From the NCBI RefSeq assembly GCF_004348985.1, contig NZ_SMKW01000009.1:25276-89275 (forward strand): a DNA stretch of 64,000 nt, in the 5' to 3' direction. Of this stretch, positions 39,116-48,941 are shown one piece after another (within the stretch, counting starts at the first letter, position 1; every line of letters starts with the position of its first letter). The DNA is from Saccharopolyspora elongata. Its GTDB lineage: Bacteria > Actinomycetota > Actinomycetes > Mycobacteriales > Pseudonocardiaceae. The position numbers were made by a program, and so were the translations under genes. The notes beneath the pieces are model-generated. The model had not been told where the DNA came from. It did no database searches and saw only the letters and a list, made by a program, of their open reading frames with translations.

Positions 39116-40123
39116 TCACCGAACAACAGCCGGATTCGGCGCAGTGGCGGCATTGTTGGGCGGTACTGGGACGCTGCGGTGCAAGGCACGCCAGTCGGTT
39201 GGCGTGTAGCCCAGGGCGTTGCGGAAACGGCGGGAGAAGTGCGATGCGTCGACGAACCCGCAGGCGCGGGCCACCGCGGCGATGGTGAGGTTCGGCTGCG
39301 CGAGCAGGCGTCGCTGAGCGATTTCTAGTCGCAGCTGCATGATTGTTTCGTTGAGGGAAAGCGGTTGGGACTGCCACAGCTGGAACAGCTTGCGGACCGA
39401 AATTGCGTGAGCTGCAGCGATCTGGTCAGGGTTGACGTCCGGGTCGGCGGCGTGCATGCGCACGTAGAGCGTGACCCGGCCCAGGAGATGGTCGTGGACA
39501 GCGGCGCGGCGTTGGTAATCGTCCTGTGATGTGCTGGCCACCAGTCCCTTCAGCAGGGTTACGGTCGCCTCAGCGGTGGCCTCACGGGCCTGGTGGCTGG
39601 TCAGCAGCGGGGCGTAAGTGGCCAGGGAAGCCAGGTGATCGTGGACCACGCCGTACAGGGGGCTGGTCGCGAGACGGTGGTCGGCCGAGCGGATGGTCTC
39701 CACGCTCGCTTCCAGTTGGGAACGCTCGACCTGGATGCTAAAGCCCGCGCCGGTGCCCTGACAGCGGTAATTGAATGCAGCGTTCAGATCCGTGAGGAAG
39801 AGGTTGCCGCGACGCAACGGTCGGTGGTAACCGTGGTGTTCGTAGTAGCCGGGCGCGCCGTCGAACAGGACGAACGCGATCCGGTCTGGTCCGGTCCGGT
39901 TCCGGTGTTCCTCGGTACGTTCGTGCACGGCACTGGTGTTGACGGTATGTACCAGCGTGACATTGCGGTGCAGTTGGGTCCCAGCTACACGGGCTTGAAT
40001 GGACGCCGGGTGCTCGGTGAGGAAGCGGACCCGGGTTGGTGATACGGCATTGGCGAACGCGGCCTCGAAAGCCGCGGCGCGATCCTTCGGGGCGAATTGC
40101 CCAGCGTCGAAGAGGATTTTCAT
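39116..40123 (-). CDS. AraC family transcriptional regulator
   Basis: ATG after GGAGAC. C-terminal AraC HTH (IAAVARACGFVDASHFSRRFRNALGYTPTDWR). Confidence 0.8.
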   Translation of the reverse strand: MKILFDAGQFAPKDRAAAFEAAFANAVSPTRVRFLTEHPASIQARVAGTQLHRNVTLVHTVNTSAVHERTEEHRNRTGPDRIAFVLFDGAPGYYEHHGYHRPLRRGNLFLTDLNAAFNYRCQGTGAGFSIQVERSQLEASVETIRSADHRLATSPLYGVVHDHLASLATYAPLLTSHQAREATAEATVTLLKGLVASTSQDDYQRRAAVHDHLLGRVTLYVRMHAADPDVNPDQIAAAHAISVRKLFQLWQSQPLSLNETIMQLRLEIAQRRLLAQPNLTIAAVARACGFVDASHFSRRFRNALGYTPTDWRALHRSVPVPPNNAATAPNPAVVR

Positions 40124-40261
40124 GTGGCAGTCTCCATTAGGCGCAGCAATCGGCAGCTGCTGCGGATGCCTCCCAGCTTCGACCGAAACCCTACGGGCGC
40201 GCGGCGCGCAGAGCGATACTTTGTGCACGCTCCGGGTCTCGGCAGAGTCACCCAGCTTGGG

Positions 40262-41233
40262 TCAGGTGGTGATGTGGAGGGCTGCGTGCAGTGTGGTGGT
40301 GGCTTGGTTGATGGCGGCATCGGCGGCGTAGGTTTCGCGTAGGGCGTTGAGCATCACGAAGTCGTGGATGATGCCCTGGTAACGCGTGGCGGTCACCGGG
40401 ACGCCGGCCTGACGCAGCTTGTTGGCGTATGCCTCGCTCTCGTCGCGGAGCACGTCGGCCTCGCCGGTGATGACCAGCGCCGGCGGCAGGTTCTTGAGTT
40501 GCTCGACGCTTGCGCGCAGCGGGCTCGCAGTGATCTCCGCTCGCTGCGCGGGGTCGGTGGTGTACTGATCCCAGAACCAGTATATGGCGTCGCGGCGCAG
40601 GAAGTAGCCCTCGGCGAATTCGTGGTACGAGTCGGTATCGAAGGCGGTGTCGGTGACCGGGTAGAACAGCACCTGTTGCACCAGCGGCACGTCGCCGCGC
40701 TCCTTTGCCATGAGCGTCAGGGCAGCGGACATGTTGCCGCCCACCGAGTCGCCGGCGACGGCGATGCGGGTGGCGTCCAGATCTTTGCTCGCGCCGTCGG
40801 TGACGATCCAGCGGGCGACGGTGTAGTTCTGCTCGATGGCGACGGGGTAGCGGGCCTCGGGGGAGCGGTCGTACTCGGGGAAGACCACAGCCGCATTGGC
40901 GCCGACGGCGAGTTCGCGGACCAGCCGGTCGTGGGTGTGGGCGTTGCCGAACACCCAACCGGCGCCGTGGAGGTAGATGATCACCGGGAGGACACCGGTG
41001 GCCCCGGCGGGCTTGACAATGCGGGCCTCCACCGATCCGGTCGGGCCGCCGTCGACGGTGATCCATTCGTCGTCGACCGCGGGCTTGGCGATGTCGCTGG
41101 ACTGGACGTCGTCGACGGTCTTGTGGCCGTCGACCGGGCCGAGGTCGAACAGAAACGGCGGCTTGGCAGTCGCAGCCGCGAACTCGGCGGCGGCCGGTTC
41201 GAGCACCGGTGGCATCGGAACGTACTCAGACAT
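40262..41233 (-). CDS. Alpha/beta hydrolase (esterase/lipase, HSL-like)
   Basis: HGAGWVFG oxyanion motif and GDSVGG nucleophile elbow. Confidence 0.85.
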   Translation of the reverse strand: MSEYVPMPPVLEPAAAEFAAATAKPPFLFDLGPVDGHKTVDDVQSSDIAKPAVDDEWITVDGGPTGSVEARIVKPAGATGVLPVIIYLHGAGWVFGNAHTHDRLVRELAVGANAAVVFPEYDRSPEARYPVAIEQNYTVARWIVTDGASKDLDATRIAVAGDSVGGNMSAALTLMAKERGDVPLVQQVLFYPVTDTAFDTDSYHEFAEGYFLRRDAIYWFWDQYTTDPAQRAEITASPLRASVEQLKNLPPALVITGEADVLRDESEAYANKLRQAGVPVTATRYQGIIHDFVMLNALRETYAADAAINQATTTLHAALHITT

Positions 41234-41879
41234 GATTGCGACTCCTCATCTGGGTGCGGATGACGATGTTCGGTTGACCGGGTGAGCTGCCGCCCGGAAG
41301 AACTGGCCTAGCAGGGCGCTGGCCTCAACCCCGGGCGCGGTGGCACCCGGACACAGGTCCGGAAGATGCGCGACATGGCCCTGGATGGTCTCGGAGGCTA
41401 GCGGCGGGACGCCGCATCCTCCATCCGCGAATGAATCGTTTGCACGCCCAGCTTTTCAAAGACCGCAGAGAACCGGGTGTGCTGAACGTGCACGTCCTAA
41501 GTCCAAGAACGCAAACATCGGTGCACAACCCGCCGAAACGGACCTTCGACAGGCTCGCTTCGCCCGAGGGGTCGCACAAGCACACGCGGCGTAGGCCGGT
41601 GCGCCCCAGGTCTGCCCAGACTTTGTCAACCAAACCCTGAGCAGACCCGGATTGCTCGTCGGCCTGCAGATGAAGCAGTTCATCCTCGCGCTGGACGTAG
41701 CTGAGATCTACACGGCCAGTGGCGGGGTGATGGCTATCCCGCCGCCTTAGCCTGGAGTCCCGTGGAGCATGGCCTAACGGCGGACTCTTCGTGGTGCGAA
41801 GCTGTGGATGATCCATCCCTTCACCACCGCCCGCCTCGCCACCTAGCGACAGCTGTCGCTGAGGGCGCGCTGCGCACCG

Positions 41880-42060
41880 GGGAATTGACACCCGCATGCG
41901 CCGGGCCGACGCGATCAGCACCCCGAATGGTCAGCAGGGCAGGGAACGATCCCCGCGTGCGTGGGGCCGACGAAGCCGAGAACATCGCCGACGACCGTCC
42001 GGTAGAACCATCCCCGCAATGCGCGGGGCCGACTGCCCCGCAGGTAGACGTCATTCTTGG
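41880..42060. repeat. Three tandem imperfect direct repeats (~60-bp period) upstream of ECF sigma operon
   Basis: GGAATTGACACCCGCATGCGCCGGGCCGAC / AGGGAACGATCCCCGCGTGCGTGGGGCCGAC / GGTAGAACCATCCCCGCAATGCGCGGGGCCGAC. Each unit is GGAAY-like, then ~18 nt, then CCGAC, reminiscent of an ECF-type -35/-10 arrangement. Confidence 0.5.
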
Positions 42061-42149
42061 CGCGAATTTTGGTCGAGGCTGTGACATCTGGCCTCCGTCG
42101 GTCATATCCAGATGACAGCGGAATAACGACCGACGAACGGACGCCAGTC

Positions 42150-42398
42150 ATGATCTTGATGGGTTTTCTGGCCAACGCGCCGTGGCCAGTAGGGCTCGCA
42201 GCGGCGATGCTGCTGGCACTGGCCATCGAGCGATCACGAAGAAAAACCTACAAATCGGTCCTCTCCAACACCCCTGATGGAACCCTGCTGATTGACAAGT
42301 CCCGACGTGGCCGGGCACTCATCATCGTGCGCGTGTCCGATTCCCGCCTCGGCGAGGGTGAACTGGCCAAGGCGGAGAGAGATGCCTGTAAACGATGA
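42150..42398 (+). CDS. Hypothetical small membrane protein (weak call)
   Basis: 82-aa ORF with one TM helix. Its stop overlaps the ECF sigma start. Confidence 0.3.
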   Translation: MILMGFLANAPWPVGLAAAMLLALAIERSRRKTYKSVLSNTPDGTLLIDKSRRGRALIIVRVSDSRLGEGELAKAERDACKR

Positions 42399-42972
42399 AG
42401 ACCTACGGCGTGACTTCGAGGCGTTCATGAAGGAGAACGACAGAGAACTGGCGTCCGTTGCGAGGCGGTACGCCGGTTTTAGCGGGCTGCCGGAGGCCGC
42501 CGGGAAGGACATCGCTCAAGACGCCCTGTGCATCGCGTGGGGAGCTTGGGAAAAGGAACTGGCCGGTGCGGATTGCGGACGGCGCCTAGCCTTCGTGTAC
42601 GTCGCGATGAGCTATAAGGCTCGGGAGGAACAGCGATCTCGGCGCCGTGCCGGCGAACTCCACGATCCCTCGGACATGGTGAACCTTGAGGAAAAAGAGG
42701 CAAGCTACGAGGACCGTCACCTAGCGCGTAGCGCCTTGCGTGTTCTCGCCGACGCGATGGCAGAACTGCCGGATGAGGAGCGGTTGATCCTTGACCTTGC
42801 GATCGCGTGTGTGCCGCGTGGCCAGATCGCCGCTCAACTTGGCCTGACCGGCACCAACGTTACGACAAAGCTTCACCGAGCCCGGGAGAAGCTCCGCCGA
42901 TCCATTGGCCCTGACGTGCTCGCTGAACTGGGCATCGGGCGCGTCAGGAACCCGACGGGAGGTGCGCAATGA
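42385..42972 (+). CDS. ECF-type RNA polymerase sigma-70 factor
   Basis: Region 2 (DIAQDALCIAWGAW) and region 4 HTH (LPDEERLILDLAIACVPRGQIAAQLGLTGTNVTTKLHRAREKLR). ATG after GGAGAGAG. Confidence 0.8.
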   Translation, partial: PVNDEDLRRDFEAFMKENDRELASVARRYAGFSGLPEAAGKDIAQDALCIAWGAWEKELAGADCGRRLAFVYVAMSYKAREEQRSRRRAGELHDPSDMVNLEEKEASYEDRHLARSALRVLADAMAELPDEERLILDLAIACVPRGQIAAQLGLTGTNVTTKLHRAREKLRRSIGPDVLAELGIGRVRNPTGGAQ

Positions 42973-43805
42973 CCACCGACGACGACCGGATGGCGAGCCC
43001 TGCCTCGGCGGCCGGGCCAGAGATTCCCGTAGTGACCGGAGATGCCGACATCGACCGGCTCTTGTCCGCCGCCGGTCGGCACCTGGATGCCACCGCCACA
43101 ATGACGTCGATAGACCCAGCCGAGGTCATCGACCGAATCTTCCACGATGACAGGGCCCGCGAAACCCGAAACTCCGCGCCTACGGTCGACCTGACCGCAC
43201 TGCAGGATGACGACGCATTACTCGACGCTCTCGGTGGGACTAACCCCGATGTGTCCATGCCGACCGAGTCCACGTGTCCGAGCCTGGAGTCGCTGCTGGT
43301 CGCCTGGCGGCAGGATGCCGACGCGGTGCCAATCGGCGATCTGGTCGACACTGACGCCGCGGCCACAGCGATCGTCGCGGGAAACCGCCCGCAGCGCAGG
43401 CGTGGTCGCCGTCATCTGGTTCCGGTGGCCACCGCCGCCGTCGTTCTGATGATCTCCTTCACCGGTGTCGGCGTGGCCGCTCGCGATGCGCAGCCCGGCG
43501 ACATGCTGTGGGGCGTGGCCCAGGTTCTCTACGCCGACCACACCCGCGCGGTGGTTGCCGCGAGCTCGGCTCGCGAGGACCTGAACACCGCCGAGGGCGC
43601 GCTCGAGAACGGCAACCGCAACGCCGCCGAGGCAGCGCTGCGTTCCGCGCAGGAGCAGATGCGGGGCGTCGACGACGAGCACGGGCTGTCCGACCTGAGG
43701 GCCGCGTACGCCTCGCTGACAGCGCGAATCGACGACAACGAACACCTGTCGAACATGCCGAGCTCCCCCACGCACCCGACCGCCCCGCCTACTCCGGAGG
43801 GCTGA
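42969..43805 (+). CDS. Putative anti-sigma factor (single-pass membrane protein)
   Basis: ATGA overlap with the sigma gene. Central TM (LVPVATAAVVLMISFTGVGVAA), Pro-rich C-terminus. Confidence 0.6.
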   Translation: MTTDDDRMASPASAAGPEIPVVTGDADIDRLLSAAGRHLDATATMTSIDPAEVIDRIFHDDRARETRNSAPTVDLTALQDDDALLDALGGTNPDVSMPTESTCPSLESLLVAWRQDADAVPIGDLVDTDAAATAIVAGNRPQRRRGRRHLVPVATAAVVLMISFTGVGVAARDAQPGDMLWGVAQVLYADHTRAVVAASSAREDLNTAEGALENGNRNAAEAALRSAQEQMRGVDDEHGLSDLRAAYASLTARIDDNEHLSNMPSSPTHPTAPPTPEG

Positions 43806-43944
43806 GCCGCGCGCCGCGCGGCCCAGCCAATCCCGATCGCAAGAAACTGAACGGCTCTGCTACTTCGACCAACTCCCGGAGGCTGGTCTGTCGTATCGAG
43901 ACCTCGTCATGCAGCAGGGGTCGGTCGCGTCGAGCTCGTGACTG

Positions 43945-43972
43945 TTAACCGAAGGGTTACTGGTTCGAGTCC
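43945..43972. repeat. 27-28-bp direct repeat, left copy (TTAACCGAAGGGTTACTGGTTCGAGTC)
   Basis: Exact second copy at 56646-56672. Contains a tRNA T-arm-like GGTTCGAGTC but no acceptor stem. Confidence 0.6.
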
Positions 43973-44178
43973 CGCGAGGTCCGAAGGGCTGTGATTGGCG
44001 CGTCTTGTCGAGGCCGGGCGGTCTGTTCACCCGTTGTCCGCCAATCACGGCCGTGATGGGGCCAGGTGCGGCCCGCACCTTCACTTGGGTAACCCGCTTC
44101 GATCGCGCGTGTGCCGGTGTCACAGTGTCAAAGGGGTGCCGCGTCCGATCGGTCGCGGCACCCCTTTGGCGGTCGGGT

Positions 44179-44892
44179 TTACATTCCGGTGGCGAGCTGG
44201 GGGTAGACGGCTTCGAGCGGGGCGGAGAGGCCTGCCTTGGCCTGCACGGAGGTCTCGTCGGCGAGGACTTCGTGCTCGCCGGCCTCGGTCGTGTCGAGCA
44301 CCTTGGTGACGAGGACCGCGGGGTCGAGCTTCGGGTCGGTGGTGCTGGCGGCCATGGCGGTGTCGACCCAGCCGACGTGCACCCCGACGACCTGGACACC
44401 GGCGGGCTGCAGCTCGAGCCGCAGGGAGTTCGTCGCGGACCACAGGGCAGCCTTGGTGGCCGAGTAGATCCCGGCGACGGCGTACCAGGACAGGGCGGAG
44501 TGGATGTCGATGATCGCCGTGTTCCCGCCCTTGGCCGACAGGACCGGGGCGTAGGCGCGGGCGAGGAACAGCGGGCCGAGGAAGTTGGTCTCGACGTTGC
44601 GGCGGATCTCCTCGTCGGTGTGGGTGAGGATGCCCGGGCTGGTCACGGTTGCGCCGGCGTTGTTGATCAGCACCGTTACATCCCCTGCGGCCTCGACGGC
44701 GGCCTGGATGGAGGCCGGGTCGGTGACGTCGAGGGGGAGGGGCACGATGCGCTCGTCTTCCCATTCGCGGGGGTTGCGGGCCGTGGCGTAGACCTTGGCG
44801 GCGCCGCGGGCGAGGGCTTCGCGGACGAAGCGGGTGCCGATGCCGCCGTTCGCGCCGGTGACGAGGACGACGGCTCCGTCGAGTGAGGTCAT
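44179..44892 (-). CDS. SDR family oxidoreductase
   Basis: VLVTGANGGIGTRFV Rossmann motif, with catalytic YxxxK region (YSATKAAL). Confidence 0.85.
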   Translation of the reverse strand: MTSLDGAVVLVTGANGGIGTRFVREALARGAAKVYATARNPREWEDERIVPLPLDVTDPASIQAAVEAAGDVTVLINNAGATVTSPGILTHTDEEIRRNVETNFLGPLFLARAYAPVLSAKGGNTAIIDIHSALSWYAVAGIYSATKAALWSATNSLRLELQPAGVQVVGVHVGWVDTAMAASTTDPKLDPAVLVTKVLDTTEAGEHEVLADETSVQAKAGLSAPLEAVYPQLATGM

Positions 44893-44929
44893 GATGCGTG
44901 ATTCCTGTTCGCTCTGAGATCGGTGGACG

Positions 44930-46009
44930 TCAGGTGTGGGTGAGGGTCGGGTAGTCGGTGTACCCGTTCGCGCCACCGGTGTAGAGGGTGGCCAGGTCGA
45001 GGTCGTTGAACGGGGCGTCGGTGCGCAGCCGCTCCACGATGTCGGGGTTTGAGAGGGCGAACCGGCCCAGCGGGGCGATGTCGGCGAGGCCGGCGTCGAC
45101 GTCCGCTGTGATGCCGTCGCGCTCGCGTCCGTATCGGACGACGAGTACTGCCGTCGGCCACGCCTCACGGAAGGAGGTCAGCAGCTCGTCGTCGCCGATG
45201 TGGTGCACGTGCAGGTAGACCAGGTTCAGCTTTGCGAGCTCGCCGACGAGGTAGCGGTACTGGGCTCGCACGGCCTCTGCGTCGCCCTCGTCGAGACCGC
45301 CGAGTGGGAACGCCGGGGAGATGCGGATGCCGGTGCGGTCCGCGCCGATCTCCTCTGCGACGGCCCTTGCGACCTCGATGACGAACCGAGCCCGGTTCTC
45401 GATCGATCCGCCGTATTCGTCGGTGCGATGGTTGGCGTTGGGGGCCAGGAACTGGTGCAGCAGGTACCCGTTGGCGGCGTGGATCTCCACCCCGTCCGCG
45501 CCGGCGGCGATCGCGGAGGCTGCTGCGTGGCGGAACTCGCCGATCACGTCCTGGATCTCCGAGGTGCTCAGTTCGCGCGGAACTGGGGTTTTCTTCGAGC
45601 CCTCGACGGTGAACATGTCTTGCTCGGCTGAGATTGCCGACGGGGCGACCGGCTGCCGGTGGTGCGGGGTGTGGTCCGGGTGGGAGATGCGGCCGACGTG
45701 CATGAGCTGGATGAACAGGTGCCCTCCCTTCTCGTGCACCGCATCGGCGACCTTTGTCCACCCGGCGACGTGCTGGGGCGTGTAGATGCCGGGGGTGGCC
45801 GGATACCCCTGCCCGTCCTCCGAGGGCTGCGTACCTTCCGTGATCAGTAGTCCCAGCGAGGCCCGCTGGCTGTAGTACTCGGCTGCGAGATCCCCGGGGG
45901 TGCCATCGGGGTTGGCACGGTTACGGGTCATGGGAGCCAGCGCGAGCCGGTGCGGAAGCTCGATCCGGCCGAGCGTGAACGGCTGCCACAGAGAAGACAG
46001 GGAGGTCAT
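44930..46009 (-). CDS. Old Yellow Enzyme family NADH:flavin oxidoreductase (alkene reductase)
   Basis: LAPMTRNRA..., HAANGYLLHQFL and GGSIENRARF motifs. ATG after GGAGG. Confidence 0.85.
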   Translation of the reverse strand: MTSLSSLWQPFTLGRIELPHRLALAPMTRNRANPDGTPGDLAAEYYSQRASLGLLITEGTQPSEDGQGYPATPGIYTPQHVAGWTKVADAVHEKGGHLFIQLMHVGRISHPDHTPHHRQPVAPSAISAEQDMFTVEGSKKTPVPRELSTSEIQDVIGEFRHAAASAIAAGADGVEIHAANGYLLHQFLAPNANHRTDEYGGSIENRARFVIEVARAVAEEIGADRTGIRISPAFPLGGLDEGDAEAVRAQYRYLVGELAKLNLVYLHVHHIGDDELLTSFREAWPTAVLVVRYGRERDGITADVDAGLADIAPLGRFALSNPDIVERLRTDAPFNDLDLATLYTGGANGYTDYPTLTHT

Positions 46010-46173
46010 GACGGGTGAGGTTCCTTTCCAACGAACGGATCGCCACTGCCTCCGATGCGCGACCGGGTGGTCTCGTACCGGCGTGGGAGTATGAGCCGAG
46101 GCACTTCCGAGCCCAGACAACAGTGACTACACTCAGAACTGAGCCTAGTCGTATTTTATTCCGGGGATGACCG

Positions 46174-46776
46174 ATGTCAGTAGCGTCACAGCCGCTCGGG
46201 CGACGCGAGCGGAACAAGCAGGCCAAGCTCGAGCGCATCACCGCGGCTGCTAGCGAGCTGTTCGCGGAGCACGGTGTGGACGAGGTCACCACGCAGCAGA
46301 TTGCCGACGCGGCGGACATCGGTACCGGCACCCTGTTCCTGTACGCCAAGACCAAGGGCGAACTGCTCCTGCTCGTGCAGAACGCCCATTACGCCACGGC
46401 GCTGGAACGCGGGCGCACCGCCGCAGCGGAAGAGACGAGTGCGGTGGATGCGGTGGTGGCGCTTCTGGCTCCGGTGGTGGAGTGCAACCGTGTCCAGGTT
46501 GATAATGGCCGCACCTACCTGCGGGAGATGGTCTTCGGCGACCCCACCGAACCCCACCACGCCGAAGCGCTCGCCATCGTGGGGCAGACAGAGGAGGCGA
46601 CGGCCGGCATCCTCACCCAGCACGCGGGGTTGGCAGAGGCGGAAGCGTCGACGCTGGCGCGGGTGATCTCGGCCATCATGTTCCTGGGCCTTGCGGCGAG
46701 CGTGAACGTGGATTCCAGTATCGAGGAAATCCTCGCGAGCATCCGCACCCAGGTCGCGGCGATCCTTCCGCGCTGA
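46174..46776 (+). CDS. TetR family transcriptional regulator
   Basis: HTH ITAAASELFAEHGVDEVTTQQIADAADIGTGTLFLYAKTK. Divergent from the OYE gene. Confidence 0.85.
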   Translation: MSVASQPLGRRERNKQAKLERITAAASELFAEHGVDEVTTQQIADAADIGTGTLFLYAKTKGELLLLVQNAHYATALERGRTAAAEETSAVDAVVALLAPVVECNRVQVDNGRTYLREMVFGDPTEPHHAEALAIVGQTEEATAGILTQHAGLAEAEASTLARVISAIMFLGLAASVNVDSSIEEILASIRTQVAAILPR

Positions 46777-46816
46777 CTCCGACTGCGCACCCGCCACGGC
46801 AGGCCGTCGGGTGGTC

Positions 46817-47308
46817 TCACGTGGACGCGGCCTCGGCGGCGTTCGTGCGGACGAAGGCCACTTCCGTGTCGGGGACGATCCTGCCGTGCGGATCGAGCAG
46901 GCCGGCACGGACGCGTTCGCGCGTATCGGTAGTGACTGGAAGCACGCGCGGCTCCTTCCTCTGGCGCACGTGTGCTTCGCCCCACTGCTGCATGGCGACC
47001 ATGACGACCTTCAACTCCTCGCCAGCCGGGGTGAGGTCGTAGGCGTCGCGCGAGCGCTGACCGGGCTCCCGATACGGGCTCTTCTGCAGCACGCCGTGCT
47101 CGACCAGCGCGGACAGCCGTGCACTGAGGACGTCGGAGGCGATACCGAGCCGCTCACGGAACTGCGCGAACGTCCGCGTGCTGAGGAACGCCTCCCGGAC
47201 GATCAGGAAGCTCCAGGAGTCGCTGAGCACTCCCAGGCTCCGAACGATGGCGCACGGATTCTCCAGCGCACGCGCGAGCGTCGGCGACTGTCGGGGCATA
47301 CCTGCCAT
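46817..47308 (-). CDS. HxlR family (winged-helix) transcriptional regulator
   Basis: CAIVRSLGVLSDSWSFLIVREAFLSTRTFAQFRERLGIASDVLSARLSALVEHGVL. Confidence 0.75.
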   Translation of the reverse strand: MAGMPRQSPTLARALENPCAIVRSLGVLSDSWSFLIVREAFLSTRTFAQFRERLGIASDVLSARLSALVEHGVLQKSPYREPGQRSRDAYDLTPAGEELKVVMVAMQQWGEAHVRQRKEPRVLPVTTDTRERVRAGLLDPHGRIVPDTEVAFVRTNAAEAAST

Positions 47309-47341
47309 CCTCCTCGGCGCGCCTGTTCTCCCGGTGCCAGG

Positions 47342-47749
47342 TCAGGCGGGTGTCTGGTCGAAGTCGGGGGCGAGTTGCAGTTCGCCGCGGCCGAAGGAGA
47401 AGTTCTCCTTCGGAACCGGTATCAGCGCGACGAACACGTCGTCCCCGGCGATCCCGAGCGCCGCGGTGGCCTTGCTGCAGATCGCACGGACCAGGGCACG
47501 CTTGTCCGACAGCGGGCGCTCCGCGGTGAACAGCACCGTGATGATCACCGCGTCGCCGCTGCGCTCCATCCCCATGTACTCCGGGTCCAGGAGCAGCTCG
47601 TCCGGCCTGTGACCGGTGATCGTGACGAACTGGTCCTCCGCCGGGATGCCGAGCGCCTCCTGCAGCGCCTCCGGCAACGCTTGCCCGAGGGCGCGCTTCT
47701 GCTCGGGCGAGAACCTGCCCGCCGGGACGTGCACCTGGAACACCGGCAT
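47342..47749 (-). CDS. Tautomerase superfamily protein (4-oxalocrotonate tautomerase-like, tandem)
   Basis: MPVFQVHV, with Pro1 at the N-terminus. About 135 aa. Confidence 0.7.
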   Translation of the reverse strand: MPVFQVHVPAGRFSPEQKRALGQALPEALQEALGIPAEDQFVTITGHRPDELLLDPEYMGMERSGDAVIITVLFTAERPLSDKRALVRAICSKATAALGIAGDDVFVALIPVPKENFSFGRGELQLAPDFDQTPA

Positions 47750-47878
47750 CCGGCGCTCCTCTCCACGCCTCAAGGGCGCATATTATGTGCTGGATTGTCA
47801 TAACCAACCTAGCATCGGTAGGGTCGATGCCTCCAGGATTCCGGGCGGTATCCCGCCCGCGACGGACGGGAACGACGC

Positions 47879-48934
47879 ATGCGCTACACCACGTTCGGAC
47901 GCCGCACCGGGCTGCGGATATCCGAGTACGCCCTCGGCACGGGGAACTTCGGCACCGGGTGGGGAGCCGGCACAGAACGCGACGAGGCGAAGGCGATCTT
48001 CGACCGGTTCGTGGAAGCGGGCGGGAACTTCATCGACACCGCCGACACCTACCAGGCCGGCCAGTCCGAGCAGCTCGTGGGAGAGTTCATCCACGCCGAC
48101 CGTGACGATCTGGTGCTGGCGTCGAAGTTCACCGTCGGCTCGAGCCCGGACCGGCAGCTGTCCCGCACCGGAAACGCCCGCAAGAACCTCCGCATCTCCG
48201 TCGAGGAGAGCCTGACCCGGCTGGACACCGACTACATCGACGTGCTCTGGGTGCACTACCCCGACGCCCTCACACCGATCGACGAACTCCTGCGAGGGCT
48301 GGACGATCTGGTGACGCAGGGCAAGATCCTCCACGCCGCGTTCTCCAACTTCCCCGCCTGGCGCATCTCCCGTGCGTCGCTGCTGGCGGACGTGTCGGGG
48401 TGGACGCCAGTGGCGGGCATCCAGGTCGAATACAGCCTCGTCGAGCGCACCGCCGAACGCGAACTGCTGCCCATGGCCGAAGCGCTCGGCCTCGGCGTCG
48501 CCCTCTGGTCCCCTCTGGGCGGTGGACTGCTCACCGGCAAGTACCGGCAGAGCCGGGAGGGGCGATTGACAGACTGGGGCAACCTGGTGCACACCGAGAC
48601 CGATGCGCAGAAGACCGCGATCGTTGACGCCGTGATCGAGGTCGCCGAGCAGGTGGGCCACACGCCCGCGCAGGTCGCCACCGCCTGGGTGCGGGAGCGC
48701 ACCCGGCGACTGGTCACCCCGGGGGTGCCGATCATCGGTCCCCGCCGTCTCACGCAGCTCGACGATTATCTCGCCGCCCTCACTCTCGACCTGACGGGCG
48801 AGCAGTACGACCGGCTCGACGAGATCAGCACCATCGACCTCGGCATCCCGCACCAGGCCAACGCGAAAGCACTGAACGGCCTGCAAGGCGGCCTCGCGGA
48901 GTCGTTCGACGTGCCCGTGATCCCGGTGGCGTGA
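47879..48934 (+). CDS. Aldo/keto reductase
   Basis: MRYTTFGRRTGLRISEYALGTGNFG...IDTADTY AKR signature. Confidence 0.85.
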   Translation: MRYTTFGRRTGLRISEYALGTGNFGTGWGAGTERDEAKAIFDRFVEAGGNFIDTADTYQAGQSEQLVGEFIHADRDDLVLASKFTVGSSPDRQLSRTGNARKNLRISVEESLTRLDTDYIDVLWVHYPDALTPIDELLRGLDDLVTQGKILHAAFSNFPAWRISRASLLADVSGWTPVAGIQVEYSLVERTAERELLPMAEALGLGVALWSPLGGGLLTGKYRQSREGRLTDWGNLVHTETDAQKTAIVDAVIEVAEQVGHTPAQVATAWVRERTRRLVTPGVPIIGPRRLTQLDDYLAALTLDLTGEQYDRLDEISTIDLGIPHQANAKALNGLQGGLAESFDVPVIPVA

Positions 48935-48941
48935 GGCGATC

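Noticed and set aside
38683-39189. 168-aa minus-strand ORF beginning MPPLRRIRLLFGDVHAH, possibly a metallophosphoesterase N-terminus
   Set aside because: Only the first GDxH motif is suggestive. The later motifs are not convincing, and the ORF overlaps the AraC C-terminus. Likely debris.
41325-41921. 198-aa minus-strand ORF with a GNAT-like motif (QSGSAQGL...KVRFGG)
   Set aside because: The N-terminal half is not GNAT-like. It is probably a truncated remnant, and overlapping frames are equally poor.
43945-43972. 27-bp repeat as a 3' tRNA fragment or tmRNA end
   Set aside because: It has a T-loop-like GGTTCGAGTC, but neither copy has a complementary T-stem or acceptor stem.
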